From: Macrostomum lignano
Lineage: Eukaryota
Assembly (NCBI GenBank): GCA_002269645.1
Contig: NIVC01000404.1
Coordinates: 1 to 64,000 of the forward strand
Reading direction: 5' to 3'
DNA length: 64,000 bases
Below the pieces are notes generated by a model. The model had not been told where the DNA came from and searched no databases. It saw only the letters and a list, made by a program, of their open reading frames with translations. The position numbers and the translations under genes were made by a program. Shown one piece after another: positions 44,405 to 55,571 of this stretch; positions within the stretch are counted from its first letter, which is position 1; each line of letters starts with the position of its first letter.

Positions 44405-45680
44405 GGCCCAGCAACTGAGGATCTGGAAGGCTGGCCCAGCAACTGAGGATCTGGGAGGCTGGCCCAGCAACTAAGGATCTGGGAGGCTGGCCCAGCAACT
44501 AAGGATCTGGGAGGCTGGCCCAGCAACTGAGGATCTGGGAGGCTGGCCCAGCAACTGAGGATCTGGGAGGCTGGCCCAGCAACTGAGGATCTGGGAGGCT
44601 GGCCCAGCAACTGAGGATCTGGGAGGCTGGCCCAGCAACTGAGGATCTGGGAGGCTGGCCCAGCGACTGAGGATCTGGGAGGCTGGCCCAGCAACTGAGG
44701 ATCTGGGAGGCTGGCCCAGCAGCTGAGGATCTGGGAGGCTGGCCCAGCAGCTGAGGATCTGGGAGACTGGTGGCCCAGCAACTGAGGATCTGGGAGGCTG
44801 GCCCAGCAGCTGAGGATCTGGGAGGCTGGCCCAGCAACTGAGGATCTGGGAGGCTGGCCCAGCAACTGACACTCTGGGAGGCTGGCCCAGCAACTAAGGA
44901 TCTGGGAGGCTGGCCCAGCAACTGAGGATCTGGGAGGCTGGCCCAGCAACTGAGGATCTGGGAGGCTGGCCCAGCAACTGAGGATCTGGGAGGCTGGCCC
45001 AGCAACTGACACTCTGGGAGGCTGGCCCAGCAACTAAGGATCTGGGAGGCTGGCCCAGCAACTGAGGATCTGGGAGGCTGGCCCAGCGACTGAGGATCTG
45101 GGAGGCTGGCCCAGCAACTGAGGATCTGGGAGGCTGGCCCAGCAGCTGAGGATCTGGGAGGCTGGCCCAGCAGCTGAGGATCTGGGAGGCTGGCCAAGCA
45201 ACTGAGGATCTGGGAGACTGGTGGCCCAGCAGCTGAGGATCTGGGAGGCTGGCCCAGCAACTGAGGATCTGGGAGGCTGGCCCAGAAACTGACACTCTGG
45301 GAGGCTGGCCCAGCAACTAAGGATCTGGGAGGCTGGCCCAGCAACTAAGGATCTGGGAGGCTGGCCAAGCAACTGAGGATCTGGGAGACTGGTGGCCCAG
45401 CAGCTGAGGATCTGGGAGGCTGGCCCAGCAACTGAGGATCTGGGAGGCTGGTGGCTCAGCAACTGAGGATCTGGGAGGCTGGTCCAGCAACTGAGGATCT
45501 GGGAGGCTGGCCCAGCAACTGACACTCTGGGAGGCTGGCCCAGCAACTGAGGATCTGGGAGGCTGGCCCAGCAACTGAGGATCTGGGAGGCTGGCCCAGC
45601 AACTGAGGATCTGGGAGGCTGGCCCAGCAACTGAGGATCTGGGAGGCTGATTGAGCAACTGAGAATCTGAGAGGCTGGCG
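44405..45680. repeat. 28-bp minisatellite GGCTGGCCCAGCAACTGAGGATCTGGGA, about 45 copies
   Basis: Period of 28 bp. It begins about 110 nt downstream of the ATF7IP stop. Confidence 0.97.
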
Positions 45681-45791
45681 GTGGTGGCCCATTCTAGTTT
45701 TGCAAAGCTACCCTTTAACAAAGTCGCCATACAAAATGACTCAGATTATAAAAAAGTAAAACAGCAAAACGCCAACCACTTAGCCAACGGG

Positions 45792-48700
45792 TCACTTGAC
45801 GCCCAGACTGAACACGCGGCTCCAGACCCCCGGTCGATGTTTCGAATCCAAAGCTCGCACAGCGAAATTGACTAGCAGATTTCGAGCTAGCAAAGCAGCA
45901 GTCTTGTTTTTGCCTCGAGCTGACAGCGACCCATTCTCATTACTATCGGTAGTGTTCCTACTAGAGGCAGACGGGCAGGCAATGATGCAGCACACAGGCG
46001 GTGGCAGGGGGCCAATGCGACCAGCGCACAGCCATTTAGAATCGGCTTGACAGACACCTGGCCACAGCGGGCACAACCAGATCTCGTAGGCGGCTGGATA
46101 ATCCATGCCTAGATTATCCTCATGAGCATTGTGACTCACTGGGCAGTGCAATTCTGTCCAATTTAAATCCCACTGGAGGCGATATTTTAAAGATCCATCA
46201 TCATCTGGCAGGGGTTCGGCGTGCAGAAGGCGCGGCTGGGGCAGAACGGCAGCCGGGGAGGCTGGCGTCGGTGGCGGCTTTGACTGGGCGACTGAAATTG
46301 AGAAGAGACGGCGGGTGTTTGAAAAATTCCTTTATAGCAGGGGTCGGCAAACTTCAGTGAACAATCCAGCTCATGGCTACGGGCCAGTTGAGAGAAGAAA
46401 GGAGGGGAATAGAAGAGATAAGAAACAAAACAAGATGAGAAAACAGGGGAGAGACGATAGAAGGAAGAGAAGAGAGAGGGGACAGGGGGACAGGGGAGAG
46501 AGGAGAGGGAGATAGAGTTGAGAGAGGAGAGGGAGGTACAGGGGAGAGAGGAGAGGGAGAGAGATGTTGAGAGAGGAGAGGGAGATAGAGTTGAGAGAGG
46601 AGAGGGAGATACAGGGGGGAGAGGAGAGGGAGATAGAGTTGAGAGAGGAGAGGGAGATACAGGGGAGAGAGGAGAGGGAGATACATGTAGAGTTGAGAGA
46701 GGAGAGGGAGATAGAGTTGAGAGAGGAGAGGGAGATAGAGTTGAGAGAGGAGAGGGAGATAGAGTTGAGAGAGGAGAGGGAGATAGAGTTGAGAGAGGAG
46801 AGGGGGATAGAGTTGAGAGAGGAGAGGGAGATAGAGTTGATAGAGGAGAGGGAGATAGAGTTGAGAGAGGAGAGGGAGATAGAGTTGAGAGAGGAGAGGG
46901 AGATAGAGTTGAGAGAGGAGAGGGAGATAGAGTTGAGGGAGGAGAGGGAGATAGAGTTGAGAGAGGAGAGGGAGATACAGGGGAGAGAGGAGAGGGAGAT
47001 AGAGTTGAGAGAGGAGAGGGAGATAGAGTTGAGAGAGGAGAGGGAGATAGAGTTGAGAGAGGAGAGGGAGATACAGGGGAGAGAGGAGAGGGAGATAGAG
47101 TTGAGAGAGGAGAGGGAGATAGAGTTGAGAGAGGAGAGGGAGATAGAGTTGAGAGAGGAGAGGGTGATAGAGTTGAGAGAGGAGAGGGAGATAGAGTTGA
47201 GAGAGGAGAGGGGGAGAAGAGAGGGGAGAGAGAGGAGAGAGTAGAGAGGGGAGAGAAGAGAGAGGGGAGGAGGGGAGTGGGGGAGAGGGGAGAGAAGAGA
47301 AAAGACAAACATTGAGCGGGCCGGATACTACTGTGAAGTTTCGAAGGACCCGAGTGCCGGATAGAGAGGCTTCGCGCGCCGCATGTGGCTCGCGGGTCGG
47401 AGTTTGCCAACCCCTGCTTTATAGGAATCTGACAATGGGTCTCCAACCTCAACCTTAATTTTTTTACATTCTCGAAGAAACCTTCCCATTCCAAAAGAAT
47501 GAATCTCTCACTAGTTGTTTCCGACGTCGCTGCCTCCGAAATCGCCGCCGACGAAGCCAGGCAGTCAACCAGAGCTCTAACCCGAGCCTGCTGCGAGTTG
47601 CAACGATTAGTTAATTGTCGAATGTCGTCCGTCAGCTGATTGATGCTCTGAGTGGCGGCCGCAGCCAATCCGGCCGTAACAAAGCAGTTGTCAGCCCGCC
47701 TCCCAGCAGCTGACGCCGCGCGCTGCCACACCGCTAAATCGTCGGTAACCGAGTCGCTACTGTCGCCATCCTCTCCGACATCGTCGCTCGGATTCAATCG
47801 ACGTCGCTTTGTCGCTGGACTGTCGCTAGCCTCTTTGTTAGCAACATTTGGCTGCTTGGAACTGCGGGCACGATTCCTACTGCGAAGTCGACGAACTAAC
47901 GGATTTTCAGTGGAAGCTTCTTGGACATCTTTGTGCGCCCGGTTGGAAGAACAACTATTTCTAGCAGCTTCAGGTTGTTCAACTACACCTACATCTGAGT
48001 CAATGTTGTTGGGCAGTTCAGAGGAATCAACGTCGTTAGTATGTTTGGTTACATTTGCACTGTCGGCAGGTCTAACAAGCGTTTGATCGTTTTTAGGTTT
48101 AGTGGAATTTGTGGTATCATTTTCAGCCACAGTTCGGACTTCAGGTTGTCCATCGGTAACTTCAGAGGCAGGCGCAGTGGCACTATCAATGCCAGTGTCA
48201 GATCTAGCGGAATTTTCACTTTCGCTATCAACTCTAGAGAAAATTGCATCTTTAGATCCGTTTTCTAATCCATTGCTAGGTCTTTCGGTGGGTCTAGCGG
48301 CAGTTACATCTTGAGAAGATCCAGAGTCAGAGTCCGGAGCTGCACTTGAAATATCGTTAAGTTGTCTAACGGCAGTGACGCTTTCATTACTTCCACTGTG
48401 AGGTATAGTGCTAGTTACACCTTCAGATTGTCTGGAGTCACTCTCACTGCGAGGTCTAGCGGCAGTTACACCTTCAGATTGTCTGGACTTACTCTCACTG
48501 CGATCACTGCGAGGTCTAGCGGCAGTTTCACCTTCAGATTGTCTGGAGTCACTCTCACTGTGAGGTCTAGCGGCAGTTACACCTTCAGATTGTCTGGATT
48601 TACTCTCACTGCGAGGTCTAGCGGCAGTTTCACCTTCAGATTGTCTGGACTCACCCTCACTGCGAGGTCTAGCGGCAGTTTCACCTTCAGATTGTCTGGA

Positions 48701-50089
48701 GTCACTCTCACTGTGAGGTCTAGCGGCAGTTACACCTTCAGATTGTCTGGACTTACTCTCACTGCGATCACTGCGAGGTCTAGCGGCAGTTTCACCTTCA
48801 GATTGTCTGGAGTCACTCTCACTGTGAGGTCTAGCGGCAGTTACACCTTCAGATTGTCTGGAGTCACTCTCACTGCGAGGTCTAGCGGTAGTTACACCTT
48901 CAGATTGTCTGGAGTCACTCTCACTGTGAGGTCTAGCGGCAGTTTCACCTTCAGATTGCCTGGCGACACTTATATAAACCGATGTAGAGTCACTTCGGTC
49001 GTCAAGATTTTCAGTGAACCTACTGACACTATGGCCGTTGGCAAGGCCACTGTTGGACGTTTCCGCGACGCTTTCACTAATTACTATTTTGTTAGGATGT
49101 TCAGTAGAAAATTCATCACCATTACAGGCCACAGACTCACTTTCGAAAGGAATTCGATCATCAGAAACGGAGAGAAAGATTTCAGTGTTGGACGTATTGG
49201 CCACTCCTTCATGGTCGCGGATGTCAGTATTATCTGGGACTGGAAGTCGGACTTCAATAGCGCCATTAATACCATTGTGCGTGTCATTCCCTTCAGAATC
49301 GTCAGTGGATACTAAGATAACGCTGTTATCACCTTGATTATCGCTTGAATCGCTTATAGTAACAACCTCTGAGCAATAATTGTAAGACTCATCCTTTCTT
49401 TGACCATTTGTTGCATTAGAGTTCATATTAATGCTTGAAGCTCGTTTTAGAAGAGGCGGCGGAGGTGGCGGTGACGTTGGGGTCGATGAGGTGGCCGACG
49501 GAGCCGGTCGAATCAAGGGCAAAGTCATGTGACAATTCTGCAAGGATCCTTTTTCAGCTCCAATCTGTTGCAATGCGCCGCGTAACGCCTGCGCCGCTCT
49601 TTTCAGCGCCGGCGAAGACGTCTGATACGACGACTGAGTAGGCTTTTGAAGTGGCGGCGGCGGCGGCGTCGGTCTTTGAAGCGGCGGCGGAGGCGGCGTC
49701 GCCTGTCTATGAAGTTCCAGAGCCGCTGCAGCTGGTATTGTCGGCGCCGCTCTTTGAAGTGTCGGCGGAGGCAAATCTGGTCGGGATTTAGAATTCGAAG
49801 AATCATCATTGTTTGACTGATCAGATGAAGCTAATGTGGAGGCTGGACGCAGCTGAGGCGGCGGCAAAGAAGCCAAAGCTAACAAAGGCAACGAGCCGGC
49901 TTTCTTGCCGTAGCGATTCGTGTTGCCATTGACTCGTCGATCGAAACGTACGTTGCTAGGCGGCATCGGAGTGCAGTCGACAACGATGACGTCATCGTCT
50001 TCAAGTCGGCGCGAAGTGGAGGACACCCCGCCACTGCCATTGCCTGATGGATCGGGTGTCAGTTTGATTGGAGACTCCGACTGGGACAT
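45792..50089 (-). CDS. ATF7IP: ATF7IP/MCAF1/Windei-like SETDB1 cofactor, about 1025 aa. Exons 50089-47512 and 46291-45792
   Basis: Long low-complexity N-terminus and a predicted coiled coil (INQLTDDIRQLTNRCNSQQARVRAL). The C-terminal FN3 signature reads LPQPRL...L.W...WLCAGRIGPLPPPVCCII...FAVRALDSKHRPGVWS, compared with human WKKIGEVKALPLPMACTL...FAVRAKDIYGRFGPF. Donor GTGAGA and acceptor TTTCAG are both phase 1. Confidence 0.85.
46338..47416. mobile_element. Non-autonomous hAT (Charlie-like) element in the ATF7IP intron, carrying a ~0.85-kb GA-rich 24-bp minisatellite
   Basis: TIRs CAGGGGTCGGCAAACT / AGTTTGCCAACCCCTG (1 mismatch), with a perfect 8-bp TSD CTTTATAG (46330-46337 and 47417-47424). 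Confidence 0.95.
48400..48965 (-). repeat. Coding 51-bp (17-aa ARP[H/R]SESDSRQSEG[V/E]TA) tandem repeat in ATF7IP exon 1, about 10 copies
   Basis: Period of 51 bp, with two 60-bp variants. All units are frame-preserving. Confidence 0.93.
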
Positions 50090-50677
50090 TGCGACCCAAA
50101 TGTCCAAAGTCTAACTGGAGTCGATTATAACCAATTAGTGTCGATGTATAATTAGTTTCAATTGAATTAGTGTCAAATTCTGCGATCATGCAACAAATTT
50201 GATTTAAGAATGAAACTTATTGTAGCTTTTCCATTTGGGTAAACGGCCTGAGTAACTAAATAGCTCCTCAGCTAATTAGTAAAAGCGAGAAAACCTAATG
50301 CTATTGAAAAAATTGACTAAAGAAAAACAAATTAAGAAGTAGAAATTGAACTCATTTCAGCAGGGTTGGAGTCTTTTTTAAAAAAATAATAAACTTAACT
50401 AATTATAACAAGCACTGCTTTACAGAAACAGAAATGGATCAACTAACATTACTTCTATGGCGCAATACAAATAATATACTTTATGTTTGATAAGATTGCT
50501 AATAGCACACCGGATGTAAAACACGAAAAGATATCTATGAGTACACAAAACGGACTGGGAAATTATAATTAAGGAATGGTATACTTCTTTTAACCTACTA
50601 TAAGTAGCTTAACCGCTTAATCAAAACAAGGAAGTCCTTTGATCTATTAGTTTCAGTGTAAAGATTGGCTGAACACC

Positions 50678-52366
50678 TCATAGCCGCTTCTCATGCAGCT
50701 TAATGGTCTCAGCTCGCAGCTTCATCATACACTCTTGCACTTAATCGGTGATAGCAATTCGAATTGCTTCACGCGTGGCGCCTTCTTGTTTAAGCCGCTG
50801 CACCAAAGGCGCGAAGTCGAGCGGTTCACCAAAATTCACCGTGATAGGCAGGCCGCCGCGCCACAATGCCTGCAGGCCGAACCAGAAGTATTGAAATACG
50901 TTATCAGCCAATGGATTGATCGTTTCAACGCCCTCGTGCCAGATTGGCAGTACGATAGGAGTTGGTTCCGAGTCCGCGATTAATCGGCCAACACCCCAGC
51001 GGAAGCGAATCTGAAGGATGGTATTTTTTAATTTTCTTGATTTTCTTGAATTTTCAAATAAAATTCCTGTTTTCTGTTTGCATTTCTACTTCAAGTAGTG
51101 TAATTAGGAGCCAAAAATAAAATATGCACAATATTTGTTTGTATTTCTACTCTAAGTAGTGTAATTAGAACAAAAATAAACTAAAAAGTTGACATTTTTT
51201 AATTTTTCATAAACACAAACACCACTAACCTCAGTTTCTTTAGCCTTTTCCGGTCCAACAATGACCCGACCCTGGGGCAGTATGTTGACCCAACGGCCGC
51301 CGCGCTTAAGTTCGGACACAAGAAAATTGAAGCTCTCCTGATAAACGCCGTGTCCGACTATTTGTACCGCACCGGTCTTGGGATCCCTGCGATCCATATG
51401 GGGAAGTTTAATAAGAAAACAAGGAACTTGATTTAAACATATCCTTAGTGAAGTTAAACATCTTTAAACTTTCTTCTACTCTTTTTACTCTGAATTCTAC
51501 GTTTCTTTTAAACCGTTTTCCTTTAATCCAACTTCTCTTTTTCCTGGTCCCCCCTCCCTAATCCCCTCTCTCATAATTCTCCTCCGCTTAATCCGGAATG
51601 TTGCTTAATCCCTCTTTAACCCTAATCCTGCTTCTCCAATAATCCTCATCCTATCCCCCCTAATACCTTCTGTACTCCAATCCTGCTTCTCCCAGAATCC
51701 TAATCCCTCATCCTATCCCCCCCAAAATCCCTTCAGAACTCTAATCCTGCTTCTCCCAGAATCCTAATCCCTCATCCTATCCCCCTAATCCCTTCAGTAC
51801 TCCAATCCTGCTTCTCCCAGAATCCTAATCTCTCATCCTATCCCCCTAATCCTGCTTATCCCATATTCCTCATCACTTATCCTATCTCCCTAGTCGCCTC
51901 ACTACCTTATATAATATCCTATATTATCCCACACTATGCAATATACAATCTTATAAACAAACCTAAGAGTCCGATACGCGGGCACACAGTTGCCCAATGA
52001 GAAGAACACACTGCTGAACCAGTTTTTAAAACAAATATCAGCGGCCACAGGCGTCAAACGCATATAATCCGGATTTGATAATTGACTTTTACAATTAGCT
52101 AACAGACTGGTAACGCACAGGTCATCCCAGGTGCCGCTATGATTCATAACTGAGACAATTGACCGATTTCGCTTAGCATAAATTTGATGTAGCAAAGATT
52201 GAGTCTGAGGCAAGTTGATAGCTAATAGGCTGTGCTGCCGCATTAATAAACGTATCAGACTGCCAACGCATAATATCAGAGTTGACGAACTGCTGCGCCA
52301 AAGGCGAGGCCAACGCTTATCTATGGGCGTTGGATACAAGCGGTATTTCCATTTTGTACGAGACAT
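50678..52366 (-). CDS. TAZ: Tafazzin (cardiolipin transacylase). Exons 52366-51963, 51386-51230, 51010-50678, with an in-frame TAA at 50741-50743
   Basis: HX4D motif NHSGTWDD, followed by MRLTPVAADICF...FFSLGNCVP, GHGVYQESFNF...WVNILPQGRV and IRFRWGVGRLI...PIVLPIWHEG, all matching human tafazzin. Splice phases 2 and 0 are consistent. Confidence 0.92.
51600..51890. repeat. Degenerate ~59-bp C/T-rich repeat in TAZ intron 1
   Basis: AATCCTGCTTCTCCCAGAATCCTAATCCCTCATCCTATCCCCC recurs near 51680, 51745 and 51805. Confidence 0.8.
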
Positions 52367-52458
52367 TCCAGATTCAACTGATGGACAATCCTCTCACTGG
52401 ATTGAGCTAGAGTACGTATTAAGACTGGAATTAGAATACAGATGGATACTCAAGTAAC

Positions 52459-53558
52459 TGTACAAGGATGTTGGTGAGGACACTCTGGTATCTGTGTACA
52501 AGGATGTTGGTGAGGACACTCTGGTATCTGTGTACAAGGATGTTGGAGAGGACACTGGTATCTGTGTACAAGGATGTCGGTGAGGACACTAGCATCTGTG
52601 TACAAGGACGTTAGTGCGGACACTCTGGTATCTGTGTACAAGGATGTTGATGAGGACACTCTGGTATCTGTGTACAAGGATGTTGGTGAGGACACTCTGG
52701 TATCTGTGTACAAGGATGTTGGTGAGGACACTCTGGTATCTGTGTACAAGGATGTTGGTGAGGACACTCTGGTATCTGTGTACAAGGATGTTGGTGAGGA
52801 CACTCTGGTATCTGTGTACAAGGGGGGCCGTAGCCCAGCGGTAGCGCAGCTGCTCTGGTGTGCCGCGACCCAGGCTCGATTCCAAGTGCAGCCACATTAA
52901 TTTGGGGCTGGATTGGAATCTTGGCTTGGCTCGCTTGTGCAATTAACAGCCTTGAGAGCCAACCCCCCAAGGCGCAGTGAAGTGTACAAGCCTAACGATA
53001 ATATAAAGTTAGGGCCGCTGTACACTCCTGTGTGAGTGTGTGCCTGCGTACGTATCCGCGCGCTTGTATGCCTGCTCAGGGGAGTCGGCGGAATGGGCAG
53101 CAATGCCTCTCGCCGGTTGTGTGCCAATGACGCTTAAATTGCGCCAGGGTGCACACAACCCCCCTGCCTCTAATAAAAAAAAATCTGTGTACAAGGATGT
53201 TGGTGAGGACACTAGTATCTGTGTACAGGGATGTTGGTGAGGACACTCTGGTATCTGTGTACAAGGATGTTAGTGAGGACACTCTGGTATCTGTGTACAA
53301 GGATGTTGGTGAGGACACTCTGGTATCTGTGTACAAGGATGTTGGTGAGGACACTCTGGTATCTGTGTACAGGGATGTTAGTGAGGACACTCTGGTATCT
53401 GTGTACAAGGATGTTAGTGAGGACACTCTGGTATCTGTGTACAAGGATGTTGGTGAGGACACTCTGGTATCTGTGTACAGGGATGTTAGTGAGGACACTC
53501 TGGTATCTGTGTACAAGGATGTTGGTGAGGACACTCTGGTATCTGTGTACAAGGATGT
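52459..53558. repeat. 36-bp minisatellite TGTACAAGGATGTTGGTGAGGACACTCTGGTATCTG, interrupted by a SINE
   Basis: Period of 36 bp on both sides of the insertion. Confidence 0.96.
52824..53183 (+). mobile_element. tRNA-derived SINE, copy 2, full length, with poly(A) tail and TSD
   Basis: 5' GGGGCCGTAGCCCAGCGGTAG (A box), GGCTCGATTCC (B box) and a TAATAAAAAAAAA tail. The flanking duplication ATCTGTGTACAAGG sits at 52810-52823 and 53183-53196. Confidence 0.92.
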
Positions 53559-53995
53559 AGGTGTAATACAGAATAAAATAAAATAAAAGCATTTATTCAA
53601 TATGTACAAATCATTAGCATGTATTTATAAATAACAATACCGATTTAGACCATTTTGGTTAAAGGAGTTGATGACAAGTGCAAATTTAGTTTTAAGCATC
53701 AAACAACCGACATAAAATATGGTTTAGAAAAACAGCAAACTATTATGCAAAACTATTTAGCAGTCTAAATGTAATAAAGTAAACTGCTTAAGTAACTATA
53801 TAGCAAGGCAACTGAAATGGGTAGAGATACTATTGCCGCAGAATCGAAACAATAAGTTATAACCGACATCAAGTTTAATTCTATCTCGCGTCTAAGTTAG
53901 ATTAGAAGGCTTAGGCCAGGGAAAAACCTGACCCACAAGTCAGGACACCGGTGTACACAAAAGAACCCAGGTAGACATGGCAGACAGTCATGATA

Positions 53996-54210
53996 GGCTT
54001 AACAGACAGACAGACAGACAGACAGAAACAGTCAAAGACACTAAGACAGACAGTAAAACAGACACACAGACAGACAGAAAGGCAGACAGACAGACACACA
54101 AACAGACAGTCAAACAGTCACACAGAAAGACAGACAGAGACAGACAGACAGTCAAACAGACACACAGAAAGGCAGACAGACAGACAGACAGACAGACAGT
54201 CAAACAGACA
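53996..54210. repeat. (CAGA)n-type microsatellite
   Basis: Directly visible. Confidence 0.93.
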
Positions 54211-54355
54211 GAATGCCAAAGCTCAACAACGGAAAACTTAAATCTAAACCTCGGGGCTAACGCATATTATCTGATTGAGACAGCCCAATCTCTATGCAAT
54301 CTTAACTTGAAAGCTCCACAAAACAATAAAGCAGTCCCCATGTATATTTTAAACT

Positions 54356-54903
54356 TTAGAGCAAGCCAGACGATTCAATGGCGCCACCACGCTGTGCGCT
54401 GCCGGTTCCGCTGGCGCCAGCACCTGCGGCGCCGCCGCTGCTAAATCCCACATTAGTAAATCCCAGATCGATCAGCGGATTAGTTTCGCTATTATCCGAG
54501 CTAGCCGTGCTCAGCCTACGCGATAATCTGCTCTCCGATTGGCGATTGACCGCCGCGGCCGCTGCGGCAGCCCTGGACCGCTGCTGCTGCTCCCGGACTC
54601 TCTCGTCAACCAGAGACCTCAAAGAGGCCAGCAGGTCGCGGAACTGCTCATATTCCTGGTGTCCAAACGGCAGCGGATTGCTCACGCAGTGCTCGTGCAG
54701 GGCGCACAAACTGCGCAGAGATTCGTCAATATTCACCTCGGCTAGGGTGGTCTTCTTTAAATTGGCCAGGTAGGAGTCCACCGATTGGTGAACACCGCGA
54801 CGGAAGCCCAGCTGGCCAAGATGCTGCACCTGAGGATTGGGGGCCGGCTAGTCAGATTAATGATTGATTGATTGCGTGTGGGGATCAGATAGGGTTATTG
54901 GTT

Positions 54904-54955
<52 letters not shown>

Positions 54956-55571
54956 CACAGACAGACACACAGACAAAGACAGACAGACACACAGACACAC
55001 AGACAGACAGACAGACAGATACACAGACAGACACAGACAAAGACAGACAGACACACAGACACACAGGCAAAGACAGACAGACACACAGACAGACAGACAG
55101 ACACACAGACAGACACACACAGACAGACACGCAATACAGACAGACAGCAATAAATTTGAACTAAATGCCAGCACTGACCATCTCTTGAAACTCGTCGGCA
55201 GCCTTCAAACGAAACACATAGTGCGAACTGGCTCTCTCAGCCACTTTCTCCTCGAACAGCTGTTTGAAGCAGTCGTTAAAGACTGTTGGTATCCGCTGTA
55301 TATCCCGATTTCTATTCACTAATTCTCCGACTCGTTGTCTAACACCTGTAGTCGCGCCGGTTGCTATGGGAACAGGAGCCGAGGCAAACATAATCTGACG
55401 CGATCGGGCTCTGGTAATTTGACGTTTTACCGTTAAAATAACAAAGACTAGTACTATGATGACGAAACTAATAATGATAAAGACTATGGAGATTACTAGG
55501 CTGCCCGAACCGCCAGCAGTTGATGAGCCATCATCTTTTTTGCCAATAGATGAATCAGCTTTGTCGCTCAT
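54356..55571 (-). CDS. C1orf43: C1orf43 / NICE-3-like single-pass membrane protein. Exons 55571-55179 and 54829-54356
   Basis: N-terminal TM followed by VKRQITR...PVPIATGA (human VKRQIMR...PHVPVGHNA), [11 protein letters not shown] (YLYRMKALDAI) and [16 protein letters not shown] (FGQNEYLRYQEALSEL). The intron is phase 0, GTCAGT...CTCAG. Confidence 0.82.
54903..55147. repeat. (CAGA/CA)n microsatellite in the C1orf43 intron
   Basis: Directly visible. Confidence 0.95.

Noticed and set aside
44214-45730. LLGQPPRSSVAGPASQ ORFs
   Set aside because: Translations of the 28-bp minisatellite.
46187-50107. 1306-aa single-exon ORF
   Set aside because: It begins at TTG and runs through an intron containing a TSD-flanked hAT MITE (the SPSPLSTL repeats). 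The real C-terminal FN3 domain is in another frame, reached by splicing 47512 to 46291.
52824-52895. tRNA gene
   Set aside because: The A/B boxes continue into a 290-bp body with poly(A) and TSD, and no intact cloverleaf or anticodon arm is evident. It is a SINE head.
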